Assembly (NCBI GenBank): GCA_009694805.1
Contig: SICM01000004.1
Location: 635-64,634 of the forward strand
Direction of reading: 5' to 3'
From: Candidatus Latescibacterota bacterium
GTDB taxonomy: Bacteria; Latescibacterota; UBA2968; SICM01
DNA: 64,000 bases
Part shown: in pieces, positions 34,774 to 44,129 of the stretch
Numbering within the stretch: position 1 is the stretch's first letter
Layout: each line of letters opens with the position of its first letter
The notes under the pieces: generated by a model
What the model saw: only the letters and a program-made list of their open reading frames with translations
What the model was told of the DNA's origin: nothing
Databases searched by the model: none
Made by a program: the position numbers and the translations under genes

Positions 34774-35703
34774 TTGCCCGACCATCGCGAATTCCTGAGA
34801 CCCGACGTGGTCTCCCGTCTCTCCCGCCTGGACATCGTGGCCCGGCTCGTGGTGGAAGGGTTCATCACGGGCCTCCACAAGAGCCCCTACCACGGGTTCT
34901 CGGTGGAGTTCGCGGAGTACAGGCCCTACATGCCGGGGGATTCCATTCGGGACGTGGACTGGAAGGCCTACGCCAAGACCGACCGGCTCTACGTGAAGGA
35001 GCACGAGGAGGAGACGAACCTCAAGGCCTACCTCCTGCTGGACGCCAGCGGGTCCATGGGCTACGGGTCGGCCGGCATCACCAAGTTCCGCTACGGCTGT
35101 CTCACCGCCGCCGCCCTCAGCCACCTCATGCTCCGGCAGCGGGACGCCGTGGGACTGGTGCTGTTCGACGCGGGCATCCGGCGCTACATCCCCCCCCGGT
35201 CGGTCACCACGCACCTGCACACCCTCCTCGGGGAGATCGAGGCTGCGAAGGCGGGCGCGGACACGGACCTGTCCCGGACGTTCCACGACCTGGCCGAGCG
35301 GATCCGACGACGCGGCCTGATCATCGTCATCTCGGACTTCACGCCCACGGAGGACTGCGACAGCCTCTCGAAGCGGCGGGACCACGTGGGCCGTGTGCTC
35401 TCAGGACTCAAGCACTTCCGCCACCGGAAACACGAGGTCATCGTCTTCCATCTCCTGGACCCGAAGGAGCTGGACCTGACCTTTGACCGGGAGACGCGGT
35501 TCGTGGGCCTGGAGCGGGGGGCGGAGGTGGCCACCGAGCCCTGGCACATCGCGGAGGACTACCGGCGCGTCATGCGGGAGGAGATCGCCCGCTACCGGCG
35601 GGAGTGTCGGGAGGGCCTGATCGACTACGTGCCGGTGAACACCGCGGAGCCATTCGATACCGTTCTGTTCAACTACCTGGCCAAGCGAAAAAAACTGGGA
35701 TAA
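34774..35703 (+). CDS. DUF58 domain protein (vWA-like MoxR partner)
   Basis: GLHKSPYHGFSVEFAEYRPYMPGDSIRDVDWKAYAKTDRLYVKEHEEE, the DUF58 hallmark. TTG start. Confidence 0.85.
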   Translation: MPDHREFLRPDVVSRLSRLDIVARLVVEGFITGLHKSPYHGFSVEFAEYRPYMPGDSIRDVDWKAYAKTDRLYVKEHEEETNLKAYLLLDASGSMGYGSAGITKFRYGCLTAAALSHLMLRQRDAVGLVLFDAGIRRYIPPRSVTTHLHTLLGEIEAAKAGADTDLSRTFHDLAERIRRRGLIIVISDFTPTEDCDSLSKRRDHVGRVLSGLKHFRHRKHEVIVFHLLDPKELDLTFDRETRFVGLERGAEVATEPWHIAEDYRRVMREEIARYRRECREGLIDYVPVNTAEPFDTVLFNYLAKRKKLG

Positions 35704-35709
35704 TCTGCG

Positions 35710-36567
35710 ATGAGCGATCAGATCTTCGACGTCAACGGAGCCGATTTCAAACAGAAAGTGATTGAAGAATCCTTCCGCCGGGCCGTGGTGGTGGATTTCT
35801 GGGCGGCCTGGTGCGGGCCCTGCCGGACCCTGGGCCCCGTCCTGGAACAGGCGGTGACCGCCCAGGGCGACCGCGTCGCCCTGGCGAAGGTGGATGTCGA
35901 CCGGAATCCGGAACTGTCCGTGACCTACCAGGTCAGAGGCATCCCGGCCGTCAAGATCTTCCGGGACGGGAAGGTCGTCAGGGAATTTGTGGGGGCACTG
36001 CCCCGATCCGAGGTCGAGGCCATCCTGAAGTCCGTGGTGCCCGACGAGAATGACGACCTCCTGAAACAGGCCGACGCCCTCGCGGAACGCGGCGACGCGG
36101 CCGGCGCGGCCGATCTTTACGAACGAGTCCTTCTGGACAGGCCGGACGACGAACGCGCCACGGTTGGGCTCGCTCACGCCTTCCTGAACCTGAAGCGCCA
36201 CCCCCGCGTCCGGGAGCTGGCCGGAAAGATCCAGGAGGGCAGTCCCTTCTACGACAGGGCCAGGGCCCTCCTGAAGCAGGTCGACTACGCCGAATCCTGC
36301 GGGACGGCAGGGGGCCGCGCCGCCTGTGAAAAACGGGTGGCGGAGAACCCGGAGGACCTCGACGCCCGCTTCGACCTGGCCGTCTGCTGCGCCACGGAAG
36401 GGGACTACGCCGCCGCCCTGAAGGAGTGGCTCACCATCGTGGAGCGCAAAAAGAGGTTCCGGGACGGGGCGGCCAAGGACGCCATGGTCTCCATCTTCCA
36501 CCTGCTCGGCCAGAACCACGAGATCGTGGGGGACTACCCGCAGCGCCTCTACCGGGCGCTGTATTGA
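35710..36567 (+). CDS. thioredoxin-domain plus TPR-like protein (YbbN/CnoX-like)
   Basis: WAAWCGPC thioredoxin motif followed by a helical repeat C-terminal half. Confidence 0.85.
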   Translation: MSDQIFDVNGADFKQKVIEESFRRAVVVDFWAAWCGPCRTLGPVLEQAVTAQGDRVALAKVDVDRNPELSVTYQVRGIPAVKIFRDGKVVREFVGALPRSEVEAILKSVVPDENDDLLKQADALAERGDAAGAADLYERVLLDRPDDERATVGLAHAFLNLKRHPRVRELAGKIQEGSPFYDRARALLKQVDYAESCGTAGGRAACEKRVAENPEDLDARFDLAVCCATEGDYAAALKEWLTIVERKKRFRDGAAKDAMVSIFHLLGQNHEIVGDYPQRLYRALY

Positions 36568-36650
36568 CCTCACCCCCCGGCCCCCTCTCCCACGGGAGAG
36601 GGGGAGAAGAGCACCCCTCCCCCGACCCCTCCTCGACACGGAGAGGGGAG
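36566..36650 (+). repeat. GACCTCACCCC / CCCTCTCCC-ACG-GGAGAGGG hairpin element
   Basis: Starts within the stop codon of the thioredoxin-TPR gene and lies immediately 5' of composite element copy C. Confidence 0.8.
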
Positions 36651-36696
36651 CAAAAGAAATCAGAAGTAAAACAAGCAAGACGTACAGGGCAAAAGA

Positions 36697-36873
36697 AGGC
36701 GCGCCGCCAGAAACCCCCACCACCAGAGCTCAGCAGAAACAACGAACCCGCCGGGGGCACAAATTTCGGTGCGTCCACAAAACGTTGAGGTTGCGGCGCG
36801 CCCAAGCCCCTCCGGCGTCTGAGGAGCGTGCTTCTTTTGTCCAACTTTTCTTGCACGAGCAAGAAAAGTTGGA
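36697..36873 (+). repeat. composite structured element, copy C
   Basis: Aligns with copies A and D throughout. Terminal hairpin is TCCAACTTTTCTTGC-ACGA-GCAAGAAAAGTTGGA with compensated changes. Confidence 0.85.
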
Positions 36874-36930
36874 AAGTGGCCGGGGAGCGGTTGGGCGGTT
36901 GGGCTTTTATTTAACCAGAGGAGGACGCTC

Positions 36931-37575
36931 ATGAAATCCGCACTCATGGTCCAAGGCGGCTGGCAGGGCCACGAACCCAAACAGTGTGTGGAGGTCTTCG
37001 CCCCCTTCCTGCGGGCACAGGGCTACGAAGTGGAGATCGCCGACACCCTCGACGTCTACCTCGACGAGCCCAGAATGAAATCCCTCAGCCTCATCGTGCC
37101 CGTCTGGACGATGGGGACCCTCGCACGCGAGCAGGAGAAGGGGCTTCTGGAGGCCGTGAAGAGCGGCGTGGGCCTCGCGGGGTGGCACGGCGGGATGGGC
37201 GACGCCTTCCGCAACAACACCGAATACCAGTTCATGGTCGGCGGCCAGTGGGTCGCGCACCCCGGCGGCATCCTCGACTACGAGGTCCGCATCGTGAACC
37301 ACGACGACCCCGTCACCGCCGGACTCAAAGACTTCAGGATGAAGTCCGAGCAGTACTACATGCACGTGGACCCGTCCAACGAGGTCCTGGCCACCACCAT
37401 CTTCGGGGGCGCGCACACCCCCTGGATCGAAGGCTGCGTCATGCCCGTGGTCTGGAAGCGGAAGTGGGGCCAGGGTCGAGTGTTCTACTGCTCTCTCGGT
37501 CACGTGGCGAAGGACTTCGACGTGCCCGAGGCCCGCGAGATCGTCCATCGCGGCATGCTCTGGGCCAGCAGATAA
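36931..37575 (+). CDS. ThuA domain protein (trehalose-utilisation-like)
   Basis: 214 aa with ThuA-like GWHGG...HP pattern. Confidence 0.82.
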   Translation: MKSALMVQGGWQGHEPKQCVEVFAPFLRAQGYEVEIADTLDVYLDEPRMKSLSLIVPVWTMGTLAREQEKGLLEAVKSGVGLAGWHGGMGDAFRNNTEYQFMVGGQWVAHPGGILDYEVRIVNHDDPVTAGLKDFRMKSEQYYMHVDPSNEVLATTIFGGAHTPWIEGCVMPVVWKRKWGQGRVFYCSLGHVAKDFDVPEAREIVHRGMLWASR

Positions 37576-37576
37576 A

Positions 37577-37654
37577 GCAGGGGTCAGGGGTCAGGGGTCA
37601 GGAAAGCAAAGATCATTGGCCTCTGTTTTCCCCGACCCCCGACCCCTGGTCCCC
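37577..37654. repeat. heptamer array pair: (CAGGGGT)x3 and (CCCCGAC)x2-3
   Basis: caggggt caggggt caggggt cagg ... ccccgac ccccgac ccctggt cccc. Confidence 0.85.
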
Positions 37655-37688
37655 GGCCCTGCCGTTATCTTTGAAGGAGCCTCCATTC

Positions 37689-38798
37689 ATGTCCATCCCC
37701 CCCACCCCAATCGGCATCATCGGCTGCGGCACGATCAGCAAAGTCTACCTGGAGGTGAGCAAGACCCTCGAAATCCTCGACATCGTCGCCTGCGCGGACC
37801 TGTTCCCGGAGCGGGCGAAGGCGAAGGCCGAGGAGTTCGGCATCCCCAGGGCCTGCGGTGTCCAGGAACTCCTGGAAGACCCGGAGATCAAGGTCATCCT
37901 CAACCTCACCATCCCGAAGGCCCACGCCGAGATCGGCCTCGCGGCGCTCGAGGCCGGCAAGTCCGTGTACAGCGAGAAGCCGCTGACCGTCAGCCGGGAG
38001 GACGGCCGGCGGATGCTGGAGATGGCCAGGTCCAGAAAGCTCCTGGTCGGCGGCGCGCCCGACACCTTCCTGGGAGGCGGCATCCAGACCTGCCGCAAGC
38101 TGATCGACGACGGCTGGATCGGCCAGCCCGTCGCGGCGGCCGCCTTCATGACCTGTCACGGCCACGAAGGCTGGCACCCGGACCCCGACTTCTACTACCA
38201 GCCCGGCGGCGGCCCGATGTTCGACATGGGGCCTTACTACCTGACCGCCCTGGTCGCCCTGCTGGGCCCCATCCGGCGGGTCACCGGCTCCGCGCGGGTC
38301 ACCTTCCCCGAACGGACCATCACCAGCCAGCCCAAACGCGGCGCGAAGATCCAGGTCAACACCCCCACCCACATCGCCGGCGTGATGGACTTTGCCAGCG
38401 GCGCGGTCGGAACGATCCTCACCAGCTTCGACGTCTGGGCCGCGCAGCTCCCCCGCATCGAAATCTACGGCTCGGAAGGCTCGCTGAGCGTGCCGGACCC
38501 CAACGGCTTCGGCGGCCCCGTACGCATCCGGCGCGCCGGCACAACCGATTGGAGCGAGGTCCCCCTGACCCACGGCTATGCCAAGCAGAACCGTGGCCTA
38601 GGCGTCGCGGACATGGCCTACGCGCTCCGCTCCGGCAGGCCCCACCGGGCCAGCGGCGAACTGGCCTATCACGTCCTGGACGCCATGCACGCCTTCCACG
38701 ACGCCTCCCGCGAGGGCCGGCACGTGGAGCTGGCCAGCACCTGTGCCCGTCCCGCCCCCCTGCCGCTGGGCCTGCGCGAGGGCATTCTGGACGAATGA
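37689..38798 (+). CDS. Gfo/Idh/MocA family oxidoreductase
   Basis: [20 protein letters not shown] Rossmann start and the EKPL motif. The ORF-track 5' extension (from 36984) runs out of frame through the ThuA gene. Confidence 0.85.
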   Translation: MSIPPTPIGIIGCGTISKVYLEVSKTLEILDIVACADLFPERAKAKAEEFGIPRACGVQELLEDPEIKVILNLTIPKAHAEIGLAALEAGKSVYSEKPLTVSREDGRRMLEMARSRKLLVGGAPDTFLGGGIQTCRKLIDDGWIGQPVAAAAFMTCHGHEGWHPDPDFYYQPGGGPMFDMGPYYLTALVALLGPIRRVTGSARVTFPERTITSQPKRGAKIQVNTPTHIAGVMDFASGAVGTILTSFDVWAAQLPRIEIYGSEGSLSVPDPNGFGGPVRIRRAGTTDWSEVPLTHGYAKQNRGLGVADMAYALRSGRPHRASGELAYHVLDAMHAFHDASREGRHVELASTCARPAPLPLGLREGILDE

Positions 38799-38801
38799 CC
38801 T

Positions 38802-38831
38802 GTAGGGGCGGGTTTGAAAACCCGCCCCTAC
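38802..38831 (+). terminator. GTAGGGGCG...CGCCCCTAC hairpin after the Gfo/Idh/MocA gene
   Basis: GTAGGGGCGGGTTT-GA-AAACCCGCCCCTAC, 14-bp stem 4 nt after the stop. No U-tract follows. Confidence 0.45.
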
Positions 38832-38848
38832 CTGACGGATGACATCTG

Positions 38849-38877
38849 TTGACTTTGTAGCGCTTTTTGGTGATATT
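38849..38877 (+). promoter_or_regulatory. possible promoter at the head of the plus-strand arm of the glycan cluster
   Basis: TTGACT, 17-nt spacer, GATATT, downstream of the hairpin at 38802-38831. Confidence 0.35.
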
Positions 38878-38984
38878 TGGGGTCGCGCACCTCGCATCGT
38901 CAAAGACCAGCTTCAACCGTCCGAGACCTGCCGAAACTTGACCGCCGGGCGCTGATAGATTCTTCGAGCGGGAGCGACATCGCC

Positions 38985-39746
38985 ATGAACTTCGACATCG
39001 GACCCATCGTGGAAGGGTGGGAGTTTGATCCCAACGACATCTGCGCCCGGAAGATCACGGGAGTGGATGGGAGGCCCAAGCTGCAGGTCCGGCTCGACCT
39101 GGGCCTGTTGCAGATGGAGATGGAGGGCCGGCCGGATGGGCAGCAGCCTTTCGGCATGGAGTCTCTGCTGGAGCACTATGAGGAAGAGCTGGACACCTAC
39201 AGGTCCGAGCACGGGTCGGACACGGGGTTCCAGCTCGACCACGAGACCTGCGGCCTCCTGGGGCAGGAGAGCCTTCAGTATTACCACCGCTATGTCTGTC
39301 TGTTCCGCCTCGAAGCGTTTGAGGAGGTGGAACGGGATACGGCGCGCAACCTGCGCCTGTTCGACTTCGTCCGTCAATACGCCACGGACGAGGAGGACCG
39401 CACGCACATGGAGCAGTACCGTCCTTATGTCATCATGATGAACACCCGCGCGAAAGGAGCCCTCCACGTCAACCGCAAGGACTACGACGCGGCGCTCCGG
39501 CAGATCGAGGCGGGGATCGAGCGGATCAGGGCCTTTCTCCAGGAGGCCGGCCAGGTGGAGGAGATCGAATCGAGCAACGAGATCGGTTTCCTCCGGCAGT
39601 GGGAGGAGGAGGTGCGGGGGAGCCGGCCCCTGACCCTCAAACAGCGCCTCCAGCAGCAGCTCCAGGAGGCCATCGCGCAGGAGGAGTTCGAGCGGGCCGC
39701 GGAGATCCGGGACCAGGTCCGAAAACTGGAACAGCACAACCCCTGA
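38985..39746 (+). CDS. UVR-motif-containing protein of unknown function
   Basis: C-terminal EEFERAAEIRDQVRKLE (UvrB/UvrC-type motif). ATG 38985 chosen as the first ATG after a promoter-like region. Confidence 0.62.
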   Translation: MNFDIGPIVEGWEFDPNDICARKITGVDGRPKLQVRLDLGLLQMEMEGRPDGQQPFGMESLLEHYEEELDTYRSEHGSDTGFQLDHETCGLLGQESLQYYHRYVCLFRLEAFEEVERDTARNLRLFDFVRQYATDEEDRTHMEQYRPYVIMMNTRAKGALHVNRKDYDAALRQIEAGIERIRAFLQEAGQVEEIESSNEIGFLRQWEEEVRGSRPLTLKQRLQQQLQEAIAQEEFERAAEIRDQVRKLEQHNP

Positions 39747-39760
39747 GGTCTGCCCCGGAA

Positions 39761-40714
39761 ATGGCCCTCGTCTCCGTCGTCATCGCCAACTGGAACGGCG
39801 TCCGCCACATCCGGAGATGCCTGGATGCGGTGTTTGATCAGACCTGGGCGGAGATCGAGGTCGTCGTCGTCGACAACGGATCGACGGACGGATCGAAAGA
39901 GATCATCCGGAGGAACTACCCTCAGGCGAGGCTGATCGAGAACCCGGCGAACAGAGGGTTCGGCGTGGCCTACAATCAGGCCATACGGGCCGCTCACGGG
40001 CCTTACCTGCTGGCCCTCAACGCGGATGTCTTTCTGGACCGGGAGTTTGTCCGCCTCGCCGTGGTCGGCATGGAGCGGGACCCCGGCATCGGAACGGTGG
40101 CGGGCCGCATCTACCAGGACGGCACGCAGGACCTGATGAACGCTGGCGTCTACCTGCGAAAACGCCTGTCGCTCGTCAACAGCGCCAATGTCGATCAGGA
40201 AGAATTCGTCTTCGCCTCCAACGGCGCGGCGCCGTTCCACCGGCGGGCGATGCTGGAGGACGTGAAGGTCTTCGACGAATATTTCGATGAGTCCTATTTC
40301 GCGTATCAGGAGGACATCGACCTGGCCTGGCGGGCGCAACTTCGGGGATGGAGATGTCTCTACGTGCCGGAAGCCACGGCCCATCACGTCGGCTCAGCCT
40401 CCGTAGACGGCAAGGTCCGGCTGATCGACAAACCCCCCTTCTTCCAGCGTCACGTCCTCAAAAATCGTTACATGACTCTCACCAAGAACTGCTCGCCGGG
40501 CCTCTTCCTCTCCCTGTTCCCCTCCCTCCTGCTCACCGAACTGCTGACCTGGCCCTATTTCCTCCTGAGGCGTCCACTCCGGGTGCCCTATCTCGCCCTG
40601 GCCATCGTCGACTATCTCCGTCTGCTGCCGCTCACGCTCCGCAAGCGACGCCTCATCCAGGGCCGGCGGCGGGTGAACGACCGGTACATCCGGCAGTTCT
40701 TCAAAGGATTCTGA
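39761..40714 (+). CDS. glycosyltransferase family 2
   Basis: VSVVIANWNG...VVVVDNGSTDGS...ALNADV GT2 (DxD) pattern. Confidence 0.85.
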   Translation: MALVSVVIANWNGVRHIRRCLDAVFDQTWAEIEVVVVDNGSTDGSKEIIRRNYPQARLIENPANRGFGVAYNQAIRAAHGPYLLALNADVFLDREFVRLAVVGMERDPGIGTVAGRIYQDGTQDLMNAGVYLRKRLSLVNSANVDQEEFVFASNGAAPFHRRAMLEDVKVFDEYFDESYFAYQEDIDLAWRAQLRGWRCLYVPEATAHHVGSASVDGKVRLIDKPPFFQRHVLKNRYMTLTKNCSPGLFLSLFPSLLLTELLTWPYFLLRRPLRVPYLALAIVDYLRLLPLTLRKRRLIQGRRRVNDRYIRQFFKGF

Positions 40715-41889
40715 CCCTGCGCCGAATCAAGGTCCTGCACGTCATCACCCGGCTGTCCGTGGGAGGCGCCCCTCAGAACCTCCTCGCCATCGCCGGAGGG
40801 CTGGACAGGGATCGCTACGAGGTCTCCGTCGTCTGCGGAACGGGCGATCCGTCGGAGGGGAGCCTGATGGACCGCGCAGCGGCCCTGGGCGTCCCGGTCC
40901 GCGTCCTCCCCGGCCTCCAGCGGGAGATCGCCCCCGCGCAGGACCTCCTCACCTTCTGGCGTCTCTTCCGGACGATCCGGAGGGGTGGATACCAGATCGT
41001 CCACACGCACATCTCGAAGGCCGGCGTGCTGGGACGCCTGGCCGCGGCCGCCGCGGGCGTCCCCGTCATCCTGCACACCTACCACGGGGACGTGTTTCGG
41101 TCCTACTTCAGCCCGTTCAGGAGCCGCGTCCTCCTGACGTTCGAGCAGGCCGCAGCCGCCGTCTCGGACCGGCTGATCGAGGTCAGCCAGGCCACACAGG
41201 ACCGCCACGTGGCCTACGGCGTCGCGCGTCCGGACCGGTTCACCGTCATCCCCAACGGCATCGACCTGGCCCCCTATGACCGGACGCCCCCGGAGGCCCG
41301 TGCCATTCGTGCGCAACTCGGCCTCCCCCCGGAGGCCCCGGTCATCGGGACCGTGGCCATGCTCGTCCCGGTGAAACGCATCGACGTCATGATCGCAGCC
41401 ATGGAGACCGTCGTCCGGGCGCTCCCCGAAGTGTTGCTGCTGATCGTCGGCGACGGCGGGCTGCGCACCGCGCTTCAGGAGAGAGCGACCACCCCGTCGC
41501 TGTCCGGTCGCATCCGTTTCCTCGGCCTCCGGGACGACGTGCCGAACCTGTTGCCCGCCTTCGACGTCTTCGCCCTGTCGTCGGACGACGAGGGATACCC
41601 CACCTCCCTGATCGAGGCGATGGCCGCCGGACGCCCCGTCGTGGCGACCGATGTGGGCGGCGTCTCCGAAGTCGCAAGACACGGCGAAAGCGGCCTGCTG
41701 GTCCCCCGCAGAGACCCGGATCGCCTGGCCGACGCCCTCCTCTCGCTCCTCAACGCCCCCGACCGGGCGAGGGCGATGGGCCTCAGGGGACGCCAGACCG
41801 CGCAGGAACGGTTCGACGTGCGGCGGATGGTGGAGCGGGTGGACGCGCTGTATCAGGAATTGCTGCGCGAGAAGGGGATAGAAACATAG
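40711..41889 (+). CDS. glycosyltransferase family 4 (GT-B, RfaG-like). Start codon uncertain and non-canonical.
   Basis: IKVLHVITRLSVGGAP N-terminus and the C-terminal EGYPTSLIEAMAAGRPVVATDVGG motif. No ATG/GTG/TTG lies near the conserved N-terminus. Confidence 0.78.
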   Translation: MTLRRIKVLHVITRLSVGGAPQNLLAIAGGLDRDRYEVSVVCGTGDPSEGSLMDRAAALGVPVRVLPGLQREIAPAQDLLTFWRLFRTIRRGGYQIVHTHISKAGVLGRLAAAAAGVPVILHTYHGDVFRSYFSPFRSRVLLTFEQAAAAVSDRLIEVSQATQDRHVAYGVARPDRFTVIPNGIDLAPYDRTPPEARAIRAQLGLPPEAPVIGTVAMLVPVKRIDVMIAAMETVVRALPEVLLLIVGDGGLRTALQERATTPSLSGRIRFLGLRDDVPNLLPAFDVFALSSDDEGYPTSLIEAMAAGRPVVATDVGGVSEVARHGESGLLVPRRDPDRLADALLSLLNAPDRARAMGLRGRQTAQERFDVRRMVERVDALYQELLREKGIET

Positions 41890-41902
41890 CATAGACTCAG
41901 GA

Positions 41903-42076
41903 AGGCGCGCCGCCAGAAACCCCCACTACCGGAGCATAGCAGAAGCAACCCACTCTCCGGGGGCACATCATGACGTGCGACAACTGAACGTCAAGGTTGC
42001 GGCGCGCCAAGCCTCCCTGGCGCTTGAAGGGCGTGCTTCTTTTGCCCACTTTTCTTGCACGAGCAAGAAAAGTGGG
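41903..42076 (+). repeat. composite structured element, copy D
   Basis: Aligns with copies A and C. Terminal hairpin is CCCACTTTTCTTGC-ACGA-GCAAGAAAAGTGGG. Confidence 0.85.
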
Positions 42077-42123
42077 AATGCGGGACGGGTTGGTGGGGGA
42101 TCTATAAAGTAAAGCGAGGATTC

Positions 42124-42972
42124 ATGATTCTCGTCACCGGCGCGACCGGCTACACCGGCCCCTTCGTCGTGGAGGCGCTCATACGGGCGGAGGAGGAGGT
42201 CAAGGTGTTCGTGCGGCGAACGAGCGATACCGCAGCCATCCGGGAGGCCGGCGCAGACGTCGTCCTCGGAGACCTGGAGGACGAGCGCTCCCTCCTGGAC
42301 GCCCTGGACGGCGTGGACGCCGTCGTCGGGGTCGCTCACATCCGCCACGCCCCGACCCTGGTCCGGGCCTGCGCAGCGCGAGGCGTGACGCGGGGCATCT
42401 TCTTCAGCTCGACCCGTCTGGCCTCCAGAGTCCCCTCTCCCACCGTGCAGGAGGTGATCGACGGAGAGGCCGCCGTGGCCGGGTCCAGGCTCGACTTCAC
42501 GCTCCTCCGCCCCACGATGATCTACGGCCCCGGCGAAGATCGGAACATCTCCCGCATCCGGAGACACATCCGGACGCACCGGATCATCCCGGTGTTCGGG
42601 AGCGGAGAGCGCCTCCAGCAGCCCGTGTTCGTCCGGGACGTGGCCCAGGCCGTGCCCCGGGTGCTCTGCCGGGCCGCCACGACCCGGAAGGCCTACGTCC
42701 TGGCCGGCCCGAAGCCGGTCTCCCACATCGGCCTGATCGACGCCGTCGCGGCAGCGGAGGGGCGGTGGGTCGTGAAGGTCTATCTCCCTGTCCGGATGTC
42801 CGCCTGGGGGGCCGGGGTCTACGAGCGATTTTCGAGCGAACCCCGCATCACCGCCGAACAGGTCCGGAGATTCGACGAGGGGAAGGTGTTCGACATCTCC
42901 GACGCCCGGCGGGACTTCGGGTACGACCCGGTCCCGTTCGAGGAAGGACTCAGATTAAGCAATACATGCTGA
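42124..42972 (+). CDS. NAD(P)-binding epimerase/dehydratase-like (atypical SDR) protein
   Basis: MILVTGATGYTGPFVVEAL Rossmann motif at ATG 42124. Confidence 0.8.
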   Translation: MILVTGATGYTGPFVVEALIRAEEEVKVFVRRTSDTAAIREAGADVVLGDLEDERSLLDALDGVDAVVGVAHIRHAPTLVRACAARGVTRGIFFSSTRLASRVPSPTVQEVIDGEAAVAGSRLDFTLLRPTMIYGPGEDRNISRIRRHIRTHRIIPVFGSGERLQQPVFVRDVAQAVPRVLCRAATTRKAYVLAGPKPVSHIGLIDAVAAAEGRWVVKVYLPVRMSAWGAGVYERFSSEPRITAEQVRRFDEGKVFDISDARRDFGYDPVPFEEGLRLSNTC

Positions 42973-43037
42973 GGGGTACCCCCCCCTTCCTCCCCCGATC
43001 CTGGGGGCTGCCTTCACTCGTCACTCGTCACTTTCTT

Positions 43038-44111
43038 ATGACCCCTGACCCCCTGCGAGTTTTCCTCGGCGCGGCCCTCGTATCGGCCGTCGTGATCTTC
43101 CTGGTCCGGGCGTTTGCCCTGCGGGCGCGCCTGCTCGACATCCCGAACGAGCGGAGCTCGCACACGGTCCCGATCCCGCGACTCGGCGGCGTGGGCCTGG
43201 TGTGCGGCGTCTGGGCCGTGGCCCTGACGGCGTCCACCGTGCGGGCTCATCCGATGTTCTGGATGGCGCTCTTCAGCACGCTCCCCCTCTACCTGCTGAT
43301 CTACGACGATATCCTCGCCGCCTTCGGCAGGCACATGAGACAGATGCCGAAGTTCGCGACCCAGTTCACGGCATCTGCCCTGTTCATCCTCAAATCGGGC
43401 TTCGTGTTGCATACCATCACCCTCCCTGCCGTGGGACCTATCCACCTCGGCTGGTGGATCGCGGCCCCCGCCACGTTCCTCTGGATCCTCTACGTCACGA
43501 ACATCTATAACTTCATGGACGGCCTCGACGGCCTGGCGGGCAGCCAGGGCCTCCTGATCGCCACGACCCTCTTCGGCATCGCGGTCAGCGCCGGTTCGGC
43601 CACGCTGTCGTTCCTCGCCCTGGCCGTGGCCGGCGCGTCGACGGGGTTCCTGATCTTCAACCGCCCCCCGGCCACCATCATCATGGGCGACGTGGGGAGC
43701 GCCTTCCTCGGCTTCCTGCTGGCCGCGTCCGGCGTACTCTGCGAGCGGGAGGGCGTCTCGTTCCTGACGATGCCCATCCTGCTCAGTCCCTTTCTGTTCG
43801 ACGCGACCTACACCCTCCTGCGGAGACTGCTGCGGGGCGAGGACATCTTCCAGGCCCATCGATTCCACCTCTACCAGCGGCTCGCCCACCTCGGCATCAA
43901 CCCGGCGGTGGTGAATACCCTGTATGTCGCAGCCCTCCTCCCCTGCGGCCTCAGCGCGACCTTTCTGCACCAGGGCAGGACTTCGGCCGCTCTGGCCGCA
44001 TTCACAGCCTTCCTGGTCCTCGGTATCGCCGGAATCGGGTGGGTGGAACGGGCGTGGAGTAAGGGCGTTCAATTGAACGCCCCTACAGACCTCCCAACCC
44101 CTAACCCCTGA
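43038..44111 (+). CDS. polyprenyl-phosphate N-acetylhexosamine-1-phosphate transferase (MraY/WecA family)
   Basis: NIYNFMDGLDGLAG motif and multiple TM helices. The last ~17 codons run through a hairpin repeat. Confidence 0.85.
   Translation: MTPDPLRVFLGAALVSAVVIFLVRAFALRARLLDIPNERSSHTVPIPRLGGVGLVCGVWAVALTASTVRAHPMFWMALFSTLPLYLLIYDDILAAFGRHMRQMPKFATQFTASALFILKSGFVLHTITLPAVGPIHLGWWIAAPATFLWILYVTNIYNFMDGLDGLAGSQGLLIATTLFGIAVSAGSATLSFLALAVAGASTGFLIFNRPPATIIMGDVGSAFLGFLLAASGVLCEREGVSFLTMPILLSPFLFDATYTLLRRLLRGEDIFQAHRFHLYQRLAHLGINPAVVNTLYVAALLPCGLSATFLHQGRTSAALAAFTAFLVLGIAGIGWVERAWSKGVQLNAPTDLPTPNP
44063..44082. repeat. perfect 20-bp palindrome GGGCGTTCAATTGAACGCCC (GTAGGGGCG-family member) inside the WecA-like 3' end
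   Basis: Flanked as GTAAGGGCG...CGCCCCTAC. Lies within the last ~17 codons of ORF 43038..44111. Confidence 0.8.
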
Positions 44112-44129
44112 CCCCCGACCCTTGATCTT

